A DNA stretch of 64,000 bases from Acidobacteriota bacterium (GCA_965205505.1 CBDBHB010000008.1:1257903-1321902), one strand, 5' to 3'. Shown: positions 28,792 to 41,096, numbered from the stretch's first letter. Notes: generated by a model from the letters alone, not told the origin. Program-made: numbers and translations.

Positions 28792-30081
28792 TCAAGTAGT
28801 CTCGATCTGGTGCTGCGCCGCGTCGCGCAGAGGGATTCGCTCGCTGAGCTGGGAGGCAACGGTTTGCCAGCTCCAGCGCCGCACGGCCACATCTCGGGCA
28901 GCCTGCCGCAGCTCACGCTGCCGCGCCGCGGAGAGCCCCAGCACCGATGCGAGCGTCCTTACCAGATCGACCGCGTTGTCGTTTTCGAACGCGGTCATCG
29001 ACGCGGCCCAGTCCGGGTACGCGACCTCCAGCGACTCCGCGACGCTCGCCAGACCCGAGTGCCGCGCAACGATGGACGGCACGCCGCTCGCGGCCGCCTC
29101 GGCGGCAACCATCCCGAACGCTTCCGGGAAGATCGACGGGACGACCCCGACGTCGCAGAGCGGCCACAGCCTCGCAATGTGGCGATGCTCGAGCGCGCCA
29201 GTGAAGAGGACGTCGAGGCCTGCAGCCTGCTCTTCGAGCGCGGCCCGCGAATCGCCGAACCCGACGATCACCGCTCGCGCGTCGAGCTCCCGCAGGGCAT
29301 CGAGCAGCACGTGGACGCCTTTTTCCGAGCTGAGCTTGCCGACGTAGCCGATCGTCGGTTTCTCCTCGGCGAAGAACGCACGAAACCGCTCGGCGTTGCC
29401 CGGATCGGGCAGGCGCTCCGGATCGGCGCCGGTCGGAGCCGCCTCCTGCTCCGACTCGGAAACCAGCTCCGACAGAGCCTCGTCCCGTCGCCGAGGACGG
29501 AAGAGCTCGACGTCGACACCTGGCGGGACCTCTCGCACGCCGCCGAGGTACGGACCGGGACCAAGCGTCTCGACGAGCGCCCGACGCACGTGCTCGCTAC
29601 CGACATAGACCTCGCGAGCTCCGGCCAGCGATATCCTGGCCCAGCGCTGCAGTTCCGCATTGCCGCGAATCGCGTACTCGAGCTCGCTCCCGTGCACCTT
29701 GACCGCGAATGGCTCGCCGAATTCCGCGCCGACCGCCGCGCCGAGCAGCACGTGATTGGTCAGGGTGTAATCAACCGGTAGGAACTCGCGCATGGCGGTG
29801 GCGTTGGCCTGGACGACCCTCTGGCGCTCAGCCCAGGTCGTCTCACCGAGCAGCTTGACCTCGAACCCCTCGTAGTTGTCGCGTACGAAGACCGGCAGCA
29901 CCGGGCCGATGTCCGCACGGATGACCCGTGCGGTCCCGACATCGTGCTCTTCTGGCCTCGGGTCCTGGCATACGACGACAACGTCGTGGCCGAGGCCCGA
30001 CCAAGTGCGGGCGAGGGACCGCGTGTAGACGTTGGAGCCCGTCCCGCCGAGGAGGTAGCCGTGCCAGATGAGGATGCGCAT
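28792..30081 (-). CDS. Glycosyltransferase family 4
   Basis: HGYLL.GTGSNVY, GVD..LF, YVGKL..EKG, PEAFGMVAAEA. Confidence 0.88.
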   Translation of the reverse strand: MRILIWHGYLLGGTGSNVYTRSLARTWSGLGHDVVVVCQDPRPEEHDVGTARVIRADIGPVLPVFVRDNYEGFEVKLLGETTWAERQRVVQANATAMREFLPVDYTLTNHVLLGAAVGAEFGEPFAVKVHGSELEYAIRGNAELQRWARISLAGAREVYVGSEHVRRALVETLGPGPYLGGVREVPPGVDVELFRPRRRDEALSELVSESEQEAAPTGADPERLPDPGNAERFRAFFAEEKPTIGYVGKLSSEKGVHVLLDALRELDARAVIVGFGDSRAALEEQAAGLDVLFTGALEHRHIARLWPLCDVGVVPSIFPEAFGMVAAEAAASGVPSIVARHSGLASVAESLEVAYPDWAASMTAFENDNAVDLVRTLASVLGLSAARQRELRQAARDVAVRRWSWQTVASQLSERIPLRDAAQHQIETT

Positions 30082-30139
30082 CAGGATATCCTGCCGCCAC
30101 TGTAGTGCGGACCAAACTATTTGGGATCGGAGCATCACG

Positions 30140-30595
30140 ATGCCGGCAAAGACCTTCCGACTGCTCCTGGTACTCACCGCGGGCGCCTTCGTCCCGCCCC
30201 GGGGCGCCCCAGTGGGAATCACCCTCACGCACGCTTCGAGCGGCGTCAACCGGAGCTTTGACCAGCGCATCAAGTCCAAGGATTACGGTCCGTTCGCCCT
30301 GACCTGGAGAGTCGTTGGATCGTTCCCTGCCGGCAGCAATCGCTCGATTCAGTGCACCGTCAAGGTCACGCTGAACGGCGAGATCGTCGATGAGTCGGAG
30401 GATACGCTGCAGGTACTCCCCAAGAAGAGCGGAACGACGGGCACGGAGGGCGAAGTCGCGATCGAGTATCCGCTGGGCGGCTTCGAGAACTTCTTTGTCT
30501 ACGTCGACGGCAGCCTCAAGAAGAAGAAGATCACCACGGGGCTCGTGTCGTGTGTCGTCACGTCGGGCGGTGGAGCGGCCGCCTGCGGCTCGTAG
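30140..30595 (+). CDS. Hypothetical secreted beta-rich protein
   Basis: Signal-like N-terminus; ORF fills the gap between genes. Confidence 0.5.
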   Translation: MPAKTFRLLLVLTAGAFVPPRGAPVGITLTHASSGVNRSFDQRIKSKDYGPFALTWRVVGSFPAGSNRSIQCTVKVTLNGEIVDESEDTLQVLPKKSGTTGTEGEVAIEYPLGGFENFFVYVDGSLKKKKITTGLVSCVVTSGGGAAACGS

Positions 30596-30690
30596 CCTGG
30601 TACTGGCTGCAGGCGCTGACGTTGGCATGGCACTACTCCATGCGCGTCTCACCGCACGGAATCCCCCTCAACGACAAGGGGCTCGAGCCG

Positions 30691-31600
30691 ATGACATCGC
30701 TGCTGTCCGACCTGCGCTACGGCGTCCGCATGCTCCTGAAGACGCCGCTCGTGTCGGTGATCGCAACCCTGACGATCGCCATGGGAATAACTCTTACGGT
30801 GCACACCTTCAGCATCGTCTATGGCACCGTCATGCGCGGTCTGCCGCTGCCGAATGACGATCGCTTGATGCAGATCCTGCAGAACAACACCGAGGCGGGC
30901 TTCCAAGGAATGTCGCTGGGGATTCACGACTACCTCGATTCCCGTGATCAGAGCGACACGTTCGAGGAGCTCGGAACGTACTACCGGGGGACGGTGAATC
31001 TGGACGGCGACGATCAGCCGCCGGAGCGGTACGAGGGCGCGTTCGTCTCGGCGAATGCTCTGTCGTTGCTGGGGGTTCCTCCGTTGTTAGGCCGTACGTT
31101 CGTCGCCGGCGAGGACTCTTCGGACGCCGAGGCGTCGATCGTGATCGGCTACGCAGTTTGGCGCAATCGCTTCGGCGGCGACCCGAATATCGTCGGACGA
31201 ACGCTGAGAATCAACGGCGAGACGGGCGCCGTACTCGGCGTCATGCCGGAGGGTTTTCGCTTCCCCTTCAATCAAGAGGTCTGGATACCGCACCGGGCGG
31301 AAGTAGACGAGGAAGTAAACCGTGGCGGCGGACGCTTCGAGACGTTCGGCCGCCTGCGCACCGACGTGAGCGTCGAGGCGGCCGCCGCCGAGATCAGTGC
31401 GATCACCGAGCGGATCAAGACGGTGTTTCCGGAGGAGATGGCGGGTATCGAATCGTACATTTCCCCGTTCGAGCACCGCTACATGCCGCCGCAGATCACC
31501 GCTGCTATGTGGGTACAGCTGGCCGCAGTGTTCGGGGTGCTGCTGATCGCGTGCGCCAACGTCGCCAACCTGTTGCTGGCGCGCGCCTCGGTGCGCGGAC
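30691..31600 (+). pseudogene. Truncated ADOP-type ABC permease
   Basis: DLRYGVR.L.K.P, LGRTF..GED, GVMPEGF.FP, VLLIACANVANLLLARA then an abrupt loss of similarity at about one third of the usual length. Confidence 0.8.
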
Positions 31601-31655
31601 GATGCCCTGCGAATCGAGTAACGTCCCTTTCGGGCCGTGGTGGAAGTGGTGGCTT
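31597..31655. repeat. Scrambled MITE remnant at the permease breakpoint
   Basis: gacgatgccctgcgaatcg (inner hairpin-like), ccctttcggg linker and ggccgtggtggaagtg (type-B TIR). Confidence 0.55.
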
Positions 31656-31659
31656 GCGA

Positions 31660-32763
<1,104 letters not shown>

Positions 32764-32796
32764 TCGTGTTTCCTGTTCGCGTCGCCTGAGGTGTTG

Positions 32797-32828
32797 CAGG
32801 CCGGGTTACGGCGAGTTGAGGCCAGATA
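32797..32828. repeat. MITE remnant forming the 3' end of the hydrolase gene
   Basis: caggccg+ggttacggcgagttgaggccagat matches type-B start plus the 52429 core arm. Confidence 0.55.
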
Positions 32829-33591
32829 CGGAAGCATATTCGAGATGATGGCGAATGGCGTCTATGACGATGGCCGGATGCTCGCGGTGGGGCGCGTGGC
32901 CTCCCGTCACCAACGTGATCTCGAGCTTCGCGCGGCAGCGGGCACGAATGGAGTCGATCTGGGCCAGTGTGCCGTATTCGTCCTCGGTGCCCTGAATAAC
33001 GGTGGTCGGGCAGCCGATCCGAGCTACCGACGACTCGATGTTCCAGTGGCGGAACTCGGGTCGCAGCCAGGTTTGATTCCATCCCTCGAAGGCGCTTGCC
33101 GGGTCGTCATGATGCCGCGCCAGGCGAGCGCGGAGCCCCCCTTTCTCGTACTCGACGCGCGCCTGGCGGGCGCCCTGGATAGTGCGCTCTTCCACGAAGA
33201 CATGCGGGGCAAGCAGCACCAGCCCCTCGGGCTCCTCCACCGGGTCGGAGGCTGCGTTCAGGATGGCAATCGACGCCCCATCGTTATGACCTACCAGCAG
33301 AGGCCGACGCACTCCCAGTGCCTCTATCAGCTCCGGTAGCTCCTGCGACGCCGCCTGGTGCATGAAGTCGACAGGCCACGGAAACGAGCTAGACGGCGTC
33401 GAGCGCCCATATCCGAAACGGCTGTAGGCGAGCACGCTGGCGCCGGTCGCTGCGGCGACGGCGGATGGAAAGCCTCGCCAGGAAGATACCGATCCCAAGC
33501 CATGGTGCAGCAGCACAATGGTCGGTGCGCGGCCCGGCGGCGGCCCCAGCCACTCGTACTCGACTCGCCTTGCCAGCTCGAGGAACGGCAC
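32806..33591 (-). CDS. Alpha/beta hydrolase
   Basis: LLH.GLGS, YSR.GYG, GHNDGASIA (the usual nucleophile Ser is Asn here), QG.EDEYG, GH.PH. Confidence 0.8.
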   Translation of the reverse strand: MPFLELARRVEYEWLGPPPGRAPTIVLLHHGLGSVSSWRGFPSAVAAATGASVLAYSRFGYGRSTPSSSFPWPVDFMHQAASQELPELIEALGVRRPLLVGHNDGASIAILNAASDPVEEPEGLVLLAPHVFVEERTIQGARQARVEYEKGGLRARLARHHDDPASAFEGWNQTWLRPEFRHWNIESSVARIGCPTTVIQGTEDEYGTLAQIDSIRARCRAKLEITLVTGGHAPHREHPAIVIDAIRHHLEYASVSGLNSP

Positions 33592-33608
33592 CGGCTCAGC
33601 GACCGTGG

Positions 33609-33910
33609 CTATCCATCGTCAGTTGGCCGCAGCTTCTGGGCACGCTCGCCGATCAACTCGACTTGCACCATGTCCCCCGCGTCCCCTCCAGCAGCGCGAC
33701 GCAGCTCGTCGTGTAGGAACGGTCGAAACCCGCCGTCGCCGCGTCGCATCAGCGTTGTAGCGCGCTCCCGCTCGCCGACGGTAGCAACCACCGGCGCGGA
33801 TACTGCCAATCGTCGAGCACGGTAGCCACCTTCTGCGGAACGTCGACACAGCGCAGGATCCCTGGCCGGCACACGCGCGCCTTGAACGCCCAGGTAGCAG
33901 CACCGGGCAC
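33609..33910 (-). pseudogene. DUF1905-like protein, frameshifted
   Basis: FKARV...ILRCVDVP.. then a frameshift to PVVATVG....TTLMRRG.G.F..FL...LR..AG..AGD.V.VEL. Confidence 0.55.
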
Positions 33911-33913
33911 CGG

Positions 33914-35086
33914 TCAGTGGCTGCCCTCGTGGGCATGATCAAAGCGCTCGTGATGCTGTCGCAGAAGGTCCTTGCCGTAGTCGTTTCCGTTCGGGGTGCG
34001 CACCACGGCGTGCACGTGGTTGCGGGACGGGGCGTCGCCTTCGAGCGCTATCGGTCGCTGATGATCAAACTCGATCAGGATGACGGGACTGTGCACGCGG
34101 TAATAGAACACCGCGTCATCGTCGGTCGCCCCCGCCCAACCGAACCAGGTGTCGTCGAGGTGCACGCGCGCCTCCACCATGCGTACCGCGGCGTGCTCGT
34201 CTCGCATGTCGCCCACGTACTCGGCGATCAGCTCGATCAACAGGCCTCGCTGTCGTTCGTCGAGGGCGCTGGCGCGGAGCCCCTCGTAGCGCATCTCGAA
34301 GTTATCGCGAAACGCGGCCGTGAAAACGTTACGCGGTAACTCGTCGGCGATCATCGCCACCGCCTGTTGTGCCGCGTTCAGCGATTGCATGAGTGCCAGG
34401 CCGCGCGCTTCTTCATCTTCGAACACGCGCGTGCCAGCGTACTTGCCACCCGCAGCGTACGTCGGCTCGGAGCCCAGGAACGTAGGGGTCATGACCACCT
34501 GGTCGCCAAGCACGAAGTAGTTGATCACCAGATGATGTCCGTCGAGCTGCCAGCCCCACGGCTCCGCTGCAGACGGCGCCCCCATCACCGTGAAGAAGTA
34601 CAGCCCCTCGCCGTACTCCTCGAAATTGTTCACCAACTCAGCGATTGTGGTGTTCAGGCGCATGATGTCGCGCGCTTTCCGCAGCCCCTTCGCCGAAAGG
34701 CTGGCACCCAGAAGCTCGTAAGCGGCGTTGCGTTGGGGCTCCGACATATCGCCGAAGCTCATACCGCGACGGTCGTACCGATGGACGTTGTTCCAGCGCC
34801 TCCACTCGATGTCGTCGACGGCAAAGGTCGTTTCGCTCCGTTGCTCCGCGTCGAGCGTGTCCAGAAAAGCCGCCGCGGCGGTCACCACCGATGCAGTGGA
34901 AACACCGGTGGCGCGCAAAGGAAAGAGATCAGCAACGACTTCACCGTCCGCCGTAATGCCGCGGAACGCCTCTGCAAGCGCAGTTGCCTCCCCGCCCCCC
35001 TGGACCGCGGGCGAGCGGGCCAGCGCATATGCACCTAACGACGCTGCAATTCCGACGACTGCGAACAACCCCAACAAACTTCTCAT
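33914..35086 (-). CDS. DUF3500 domain secreted protein
   Basis: Signal peptide, WGWQLDGHHL..N, TPTFLG, YYRVHSPVILIEFD, HVH.VVRTPNGNDYG. Confidence 0.85.
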   Translation of the reverse strand: MRSLLGLFAVVGIAASLGAYALARSPAVQGGGEATALAEAFRGITADGEVVADLFPLRATGVSTASVVTAAAAFLDTLDAEQRSETTFAVDDIEWRRWNNVHRYDRRGMSFGDMSEPQRNAAYELLGASLSAKGLRKARDIMRLNTTIAELVNNFEEYGEGLYFFTVMGAPSAAEPWGWQLDGHHLVINYFVLGDQVVMTPTFLGSEPTYAAGGKYAGTRVFEDEEARGLALMQSLNAAQQAVAMIADELPRNVFTAAFRDNFEMRYEGLRASALDERQRGLLIELIAEYVGDMRDEHAAVRMVEARVHLDDTWFGWAGATDDDAVFYYRVHSPVILIEFDHQRPIALEGDAPSRNHVHAVVRTPNGNDYGKDLLRQHHERFDHAHEGSH

Positions 35087-35133
35087 ACTTGGCTCCTTCT
35101 CCGACCCCGACCATCGGAACGTCCGTACGCCGC

Positions 35134-36257
35134 TCAGCAGTCTAGCAAGCCGCTGCCACGAAGCTCGTGGAGCGTGTCGGCCAGGTGCCGTAGGTCGTCT
35201 TCATCGTTGTAAAGGTGAACCGACGCGCGGATGCCGTCGCCGCGAGCCGATACCAGCACGTCGTGTTCGCCGAGCGCATCCTGGAGGCCCACCGCGTCGG
35301 CGCAATGCGCCAGACGAAGTTGCGCCTGGCCGGTCCGAGGTGGGGACCGGCAACCCGGCGTCGATCAGCACTTTGCGCAGCAGGCCGCTCAGCTGCAGCA
35401 CCCGCGACTCGATGACGGCGGCGCCGAGCTCGTGCTGGAGCCCCAGCGCAGCGCCGAGAGTGAACACGTTCGGGAAAGGCGGATGCCCGGCTTCCATCGC
35501 GCGGGCATCGGGCGTGAGGTCCAGCTCGTCCGACACTAGCGCGTAGGGGTCGCGGGCGCTGCGCCAGCCTACCGCCGGGTGGTTGCCGGCGTGGCGCTCG
35601 TTAACGTAAAAAAAAAACCGATACCGTAGCCGGAGTTGAGCCACTTGTAGCCGCTGCAGGCGAGAAAATCGACGGCACCGCCGGACACATCGATCGCCAG
35701 AGCTCCGAGGCTCTGCGTTGCATCGACCACGAGCACCATCTCGTGTTCTCGACAAAGCTCACCGAGAGCATCGAGGTCGTGTCGAAAGCCGGTCCGGTAA
35801 TGCACGAGACCGAGGGTGAGGATTCGAGTATGCGGTTGGAGCGCCGCCGCGATGGCTTCGACCGTCACGCCACCGTCGTCGTCCGTGTCCAGGAAATCCA
35901 CCTCGTAACCCAGCTGCAGCCACGGCCAGGTAACGGAAGGGAAATCGCCGCGGAGGGCAACTACAGAGCCCGTTCCCAGGAGTTTCCGAGCCGCGAAATT
36001 GAGAGCTGAGGAGGCGTTGCTGGTGAACGCGACTCGTTGCTGTGTGCGTGGATCAGACGCGCCACAGAGCCGCGTACGTCCTCGACGCGGTCGAGCCAGG
36101 CGTCCCAGTGCACGTCGCCATCCCGGGCCGTGGCCTCATAGTAAGAGCACCCCGCCGCCGCCGCTGCCGTGGACATGGGCCCTCCGGCCGCGGTGTTCAG
36201 GTAGCAGCAGGTAGCAGCCGCCGGAAACGAAGCACGCACGGCAGACCAGTCGGTCAT
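35134..36257 (-). pseudogene. Class V aminotransferase / cysteine desulfurase-like, multiple frameshifts
   Basis: YLNTAAGG, VVDATQSLG, SGYKWL and HLYNDEDD segments lie in different frames; poly-A run near 35610. Confidence 0.8.
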
Positions 36258-36345
36258 CTGTGCTCCGCCCCGTACACCGGGTCAGTTTCCAGCGCGCCTT
36301 CAGGCCCGATTTGGGTGCTTCCTCCCTCCAAGAGAAACGTCGCTA

Positions 36346-37473
36346 TCATCGCACGACACTCCGATAGATCTGCTCGTCGGTGGCGCCCTCGGTGGAGATC
36401 AACAACACGGTGGCAGCCGCATCGAGCCGCAGCCGCTCACGAATCAAGGCATGCTCAGAATCGACGCACACGGCGTCGACGAGCCCGGTGGTTACCGCAC
36501 CGGACTCGCCAGACACCACCATCGCATCGCCGGCAACCGGACGGGCCAGTCGGCGCATGCCCGACCTGGCAACTTCATCGCCACAGGTTACCCAGCCATC
36601 GACGTGTCGCCGCAGGATCGTCCAAGCCGTGGTGCTCAATTGTCCGCACGACAGGCCCGCCATGAATGTATGCGGAGCATCAGCGAGTCGCGGGGGCAAC
36701 AGCTCGTCTCTCTCCATTGCCACCATCCCGCACCCGGCCCCCTCGGGCTCGACCACGAAGACCGCCGGCCTTTCGGCGCCGAAGCGCTCCACGAGATACG
36801 CGGTGATGGATGCGGCAAACGAGCCCACGCCGCATTGCAGGAAGACATGTGTCGGAAGCTCCTCCCCGAGTTGGTCCATAGCCTCGTGAATCAGCGTGAG
36901 ATATCCCTGCATTACCCAGCGCGGGATTTGCTCGTACGCCGGCCACGCCATGTCTTGAAGCAACACCCAGCCATTGGCGTCGGCGTCGGCGCGTGCCCGT
37001 TCGACGGCCTCGTCGAACGTCCCCTCCACACGGCTCGCCCGAGCTCCGAGCTTGACGATCGCCGCGAGGCGCGCGTCGCTCGCCTCGCGGGGCAGGTACA
37101 CGACGGCGGCATGGCCGAGGCGCGCCGCCGCCCAGGCCACGGCACGCCCGTGGTTGCCGTCGGTTGCAGTAACAAACGTCAACACGGGTTCGGCGTTTCG
37201 CTCGACCACCCTCGAGATCGCCCAGCTCGCCCCGAGGGCCTTGAACGCCTCGAGCCCGAAGCGGTGCGATTCATCCTTCAGGCGCATGCCCCCGACACCC
37301 AGCTCGGCAGCAAGCCCCGGTAGGGGCACCAACGGCGTTGGCGCATAGTCCGCCAACGAGCTGTGAAACGCCTGCACCCGTGCGGCAGCGACTGATCCGA
37401 AAGGTTTGGTTGCATCGTCGCCGGTGCGTCCCGCGGCATCGACATTCATCAGCACCCGTATCGACAGCGTCAC
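36346..37473 (-). CDS. dpaL: Diaminopropionate ammonia-lyase
   Basis: Y.PTPL, KDES.RFGL.AFK.LGASWA, TATDGNHG, QD.AW..YE, MAGLSCG, STEG.TD. Confidence 0.88.
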   Translation of the reverse strand: MTLSIRVLMNVDAAGRTGDDATKPFGSVAAARVQAFHSSLADYAPTPLVPLPGLAAELGVGGMRLKDESHRFGLEAFKALGASWAISRVVERNAEPVLTFVTATDGNHGRAVAWAAARLGHAAVVYLPREASDARLAAIVKLGARASRVEGTFDEAVERARADADANGWVLLQDMAWPAYEQIPRWVMQGYLTLIHEAMDQLGEELPTHVFLQCGVGSFAASITAYLVERFGAERPAVFVVEPEGAGCGMVAMERDELLPPRLADAPHTFMAGLSCGQLSTTAWTILRRHVDGWVTCGDEVARSGMRRLARPVAGDAMVVSGESGAVTTGLVDAVCVDSEHALIRERLRLDAAATVLLISTEGATDEQIYRSVVR

Positions 37474-37598
37474 CCAACCGCGCCCGCGGCCGCCTCCCCG
37501 GCATCGTGTCGTCGCCAGATCTCCGACAGCACGCGCACCAAGCTACCTCCCAAGATCCCGATCATCTGGTCGGAGTTCGCTCGACGTTGGGCCGTCAT
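37470..37598 (-). pseudogene. Deletion remnant of an Asp/Glu racemase-like gene
   Basis: AGGAGA RBS, 42-aa ORF containing MIGILGG; its stop overlaps the dpaL GTG start. Confidence 0.45.
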
Positions 37599-37839
37599 CC
37601 CGTGTTCTCCTGTATAGGCAACAGCAACAGACGATCAGCACTGCGCCGCGCTACGGCGCACTGGCCCGGTCCGATGTCACGGATGTCATCGTCGGCACAG
37701 TCGCGACGTGCCGGATACGGCTAGAATCTGATGGTCGGACCCTACCAGGTAGCCGAGTCGACGGACTGCTGACTGAACCCGTTTTTTTTGGCGGAGCCCG
37801 AGCGTCCCTTTCGCCGTGCTTCGCCGCTGGAGGCACTCG

Positions 37840-39582
37840 ATGCGCCGAATCGTCATGATGCTGGCCGTGCTGCTAGGCGTGGCTCCCGGCGCGCTGGCGC
37901 AGCAAGTGAAACCGATTGTCCACGTGCTCGACAACGGAATGACTGTCCTGCTGGTTCCGCGAACGGGCGACCCCAACATCTCTGCCGGTTGGATCGCCAA
38001 GGTGGGTTCGGTGAACGAGCACCCTGGCATTACGGGCGTGGCGCACCTTTTCGAGCACATGATGTTCAAGGGCACCGACACCATCGGCACGATCGACGCC
38101 GCCGAGGACCGGCGAGTGATCGAGCACCTGGACGGGCTCCGCGCCGAGATCCGCAAGCACGAGCAGGAGCTGCTGCGGCAACAGCGGGTCGGCGAGATCG
38201 ACGACTGGCGCAACCGGGAGCACCGCTCGCAAGCCCACCAAGAACTCCTGGAGGAGTTTGAGAGCGCGCTGGGGGAACAGCGCGGGCTCATCATCAAGGA
38301 CGATTTCGATCGCATCTACACGGGCGAAGGCGGTTCCGGCATGAACGCCGGAACCGACCACGACTTCACCGTCTACTTCATCAACGTGCCGGCAAACAAG
38401 CTGGAGCTATGGTTCTGGATGGAGTCCGATCGCCTGATGAACCCCGTCTTTCGCGAGTTTTATAGCGAGCGGGACGTTGTGCACGAGGAGCGCAGGCTAC
38501 GGACCGACAGCACCCCAACTGGGTTGCTCGACGAACAGTTCGAGGCGACGTTCTGGGAGTCGTCGCCCTATTCGTGGCCAGTGGTCGGATGGCCCAGCGA
38601 TCTGTACGGGCTGACGCGCGAAGAAGCGCTCGAGTTCTTCGACGTCAACTACGCACCCAACAACATCAGTGCGGCGCTGGTAGGAGGGTTCGATCCCGAA
38701 GAGGCGATCGCCCTCGCTGAGCGCTACTTTGGTCGTATTCCGCGCGGCGAGCGTGAGCCCGAGCCCGTTCGCACCTGGGAGGTGAAACAGCAGGGCGAGA
38801 AGCGCATGATCGGCTACGCCGATACGAACCCGCAGGTGAGAATCCGCTACCACGGTGTCGCCGACGGCCATGTCGACGAGCCAGCCCTGCTGGTCCTGGG
38901 GCAGTTGCTCTCCGGACGCTCGGGCCGGCTCTTCAAGTCGCTGGTCGAGGAGCAGGGAATCGCCACGTCTGTATCGGGCGCACAGAACGGCCGCAAATGG
39001 GACGGTTACTTCGAGATTCACGGCACCGCCAAACAAGGGCATACACCGGAGGAGGTCGAGGCCGGGATCTACGCTGAGCTCGAGCGGTTGAAGACCGAGC
39101 CTGTCCCCGATCGCGAGCTTCAGAAGGTAAAGAACCAGAACGCCGCGGCCGAGTTCCGACGGTTGCAGAGCAGCTTCGGCCTGCTGCTACAGTTGCTGGT
39201 CGCCGAGGGTTATCGAGGATGGGAGACCATCAATACTACCGGCCCAAAGCTCCAGGCGGTCAGCGCCGAAGACATCCAGCGCGTGGCCAATACTTACTTC
39301 GAGCCCGAAGCCCGCGCCGTCGCGATCTACTACCGCAGCCAGGGCTCCGAACCCGAGGATCCACGCCTGGCCGGGCTGGATGATCAGGAGCGGCAACAGA
39401 TCAACATGGTCCGGCAGCAGCTCGCCCAAGCTGCGCCTGACCAGCTCGACCAAATGCGCCAGCAGCTCGCCCAGACGACCGCGATGGCGGCGCAAGTCCC
39501 CGAGGAAAACCAAGACATGTTCCAACTCATGTTGGAGCTGATCAGCGAGCGTATCGAAGAGCTCGAGGGAGAGCAGGAATGA
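37840..39582 (+). CDS. M16 family zinc peptidase, catalytic subunit
   Basis: Signal peptide, G.AHLFEHMMFKGT (HxxEH), ESDR, ER.VV.EERR. Confidence 0.9.
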   Translation: MRRIVMMLAVLLGVAPGALAQQVKPIVHVLDNGMTVLLVPRTGDPNISAGWIAKVGSVNEHPGITGVAHLFEHMMFKGTDTIGTIDAAEDRRVIEHLDGLRAEIRKHEQELLRQQRVGEIDDWRNREHRSQAHQELLEEFESALGEQRGLIIKDDFDRIYTGEGGSGMNAGTDHDFTVYFINVPANKLELWFWMESDRLMNPVFREFYSERDVVHEERRLRTDSTPTGLLDEQFEATFWESSPYSWPVVGWPSDLYGLTREEALEFFDVNYAPNNISAALVGGFDPEEAIALAERYFGRIPRGEREPEPVRTWEVKQQGEKRMIGYADTNPQVRIRYHGVADGHVDEPALLVLGQLLSGRSGRLFKSLVEEQGIATSVSGAQNGRKWDGYFEIHGTAKQGHTPEEVEAGIYAELERLKTEPVPDRELQKVKNQNAAAEFRRLQSSFGLLLQLLVAEGYRGWETINTTGPKLQAVSAEDIQRVANTYFEPEARAVAIYYRSQGSEPEDPRLAGLDDQERQQINMVRQQLAQAAPDQLDQMRQQLAQTTAMAAQVPEENQDMFQLMLELISERIEELEGEQE

Positions 39583-41084
39583 AGACCGTCAGCGGCCTTC
39601 GCCCGCCAACGCTCGCGATGATTGGGCTATTGGCGATGGCGACGGGCGTCATTGCGCAACAGGAGATCGTCTCGCATCCACTCGAGATCTCCTTTCCGGA
39701 GCTCGACTTCCAGCCTCCGGACGGAGCGGCGCTGCGCCATAAGCTCAGTACGGGGACCGTCGCCTACGTGGTAGAGGATCACGCGCTGCCGCTCGTCAGT
39801 ATCGCAATCTTGATTCGCAGCGGCGAGTACACCGCCCCGGCGATGCTGAAGCCGGCAGTCGCAAACCTCGCCGGGAGCCAGATGCGCGCCGGCGGCGCAG
39901 CCTCGTTGTCGCCGTCCGAGCTCGACGAGGAGCTCGATTTCCTCGCCGCGCAGATCGGCACAGGCATCGGCTCGACAAGAGGTAGCGCGAGCATGAACTG
40001 CCTGGCCAAGGACCTCGATCGCTGTCTCGATAGGTTCTTCGAGATCCTGCGCCAGCCTCGTTACGATCAGGAGCGGATCGACCTGGCTAAGAGCCAGCGG
40101 TTGCAGCGGATGGAGCAACGCAACGACGATACTGGAGGAATCGAGCGGCGCGAGTGGAGCCGGTTACTCTATGGCGACAGCCATTTCAGCACCCACGCCA
40201 CGACCGAGGCCGAGCTGAACGCGATCACACGCGAGGACTTGCTCGCGTTCCACGCTTATGCCGTCCATCCGGGCAACTTCATCTTCGCGATATCGGGCGA
40301 CGTCGAAACTGAAGAGATCCTCGGCCAGATCGAGGTGCGGCTGTCCGACTGGCCCCGCGCGGAGGCACCTGGTGACGTGCCGAAGCCGGGATTCGAGCCG
40401 CAGCCCGGCCTGTACTTGGTACACAAGGAGGACGTGAACCAGGGCCGCGTATCGATCGGGCACCTGAGCACGGTTATCAGTAACCCCGATCGCTTCGCCC
40501 TGCAGATCATGAACAACATCCTCGGGGGAGGCGGTTTTACGTCGCGCATCCTGTCACGCGTGCGATCTGATGAGGGGCTCGCTTACAGCGCCGGATCGGC
40601 ATTCGGGCTCGGCACGCACTATGACGGCAGCTTCCGCGCCTTCTTCCAGTCACGGAGTGAGGCGGTCGCGCGGGCTACCAGCATCGTCATCGACGAGATC
40701 GCTCGCATTCGTACCGAGAAAGTGAGTGACGAGGAGCTGATCAACGCGAAGGCCTCGTTCATCGACACGTTCAGCCGCAACTTCGCCAGCGCCGGACAGA
40801 TCGCCGGACTGTTCGCCAACCTCGAGTTACAGGGACGCGATATCGGCCTCGTGTCGAGCTACCGCGACGACATGACAGCGGTAACCGCCACCGACGTGCT
40901 TCGAGTGGCGCAGGAGTACCTACATCCCGACCGGCTCGTAATCCTCGCCGTGGGCAATGTCGACAACATTCTCGCAGGCGATATGGACAATCCGGAGTTC
41001 TCGCTCGAGGCGATGGCGAGCGGCGGCAGCATCACCCGCATCGCGTTGCCGGATCCGATGACAATGGAATACGCAGGGCGGTAG
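39579..41084 (+). CDS. M16 family peptidase, non-catalytic partner subunit
   Basis: No HxxEH; LGGGGFTSR....VR..EGLAYS; overlaps the upstream gene. Confidence 0.88.
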   Translation: MKTVSGLRPPTLAMIGLLAMATGVIAQQEIVSHPLEISFPELDFQPPDGAALRHKLSTGTVAYVVEDHALPLVSIAILIRSGEYTAPAMLKPAVANLAGSQMRAGGAASLSPSELDEELDFLAAQIGTGIGSTRGSASMNCLAKDLDRCLDRFFEILRQPRYDQERIDLAKSQRLQRMEQRNDDTGGIERREWSRLLYGDSHFSTHATTEAELNAITREDLLAFHAYAVHPGNFIFAISGDVETEEILGQIEVRLSDWPRAEAPGDVPKPGFEPQPGLYLVHKEDVNQGRVSIGHLSTVISNPDRFALQIMNNILGGGGFTSRILSRVRSDEGLAYSAGSAFGLGTHYDGSFRAFFQSRSEAVARATSIVIDEIARIRTEKVSDEELINAKASFIDTFSRNFASAGQIAGLFANLELQGRDIGLVSSYRDDMTAVTATDVLRVAQEYLHPDRLVILAVGNVDNILAGDMDNPEFSLEAMASGGSITRIALPDPMTMEYAGR

Positions 41085-41096
41085 CGCCTTGAGTCG

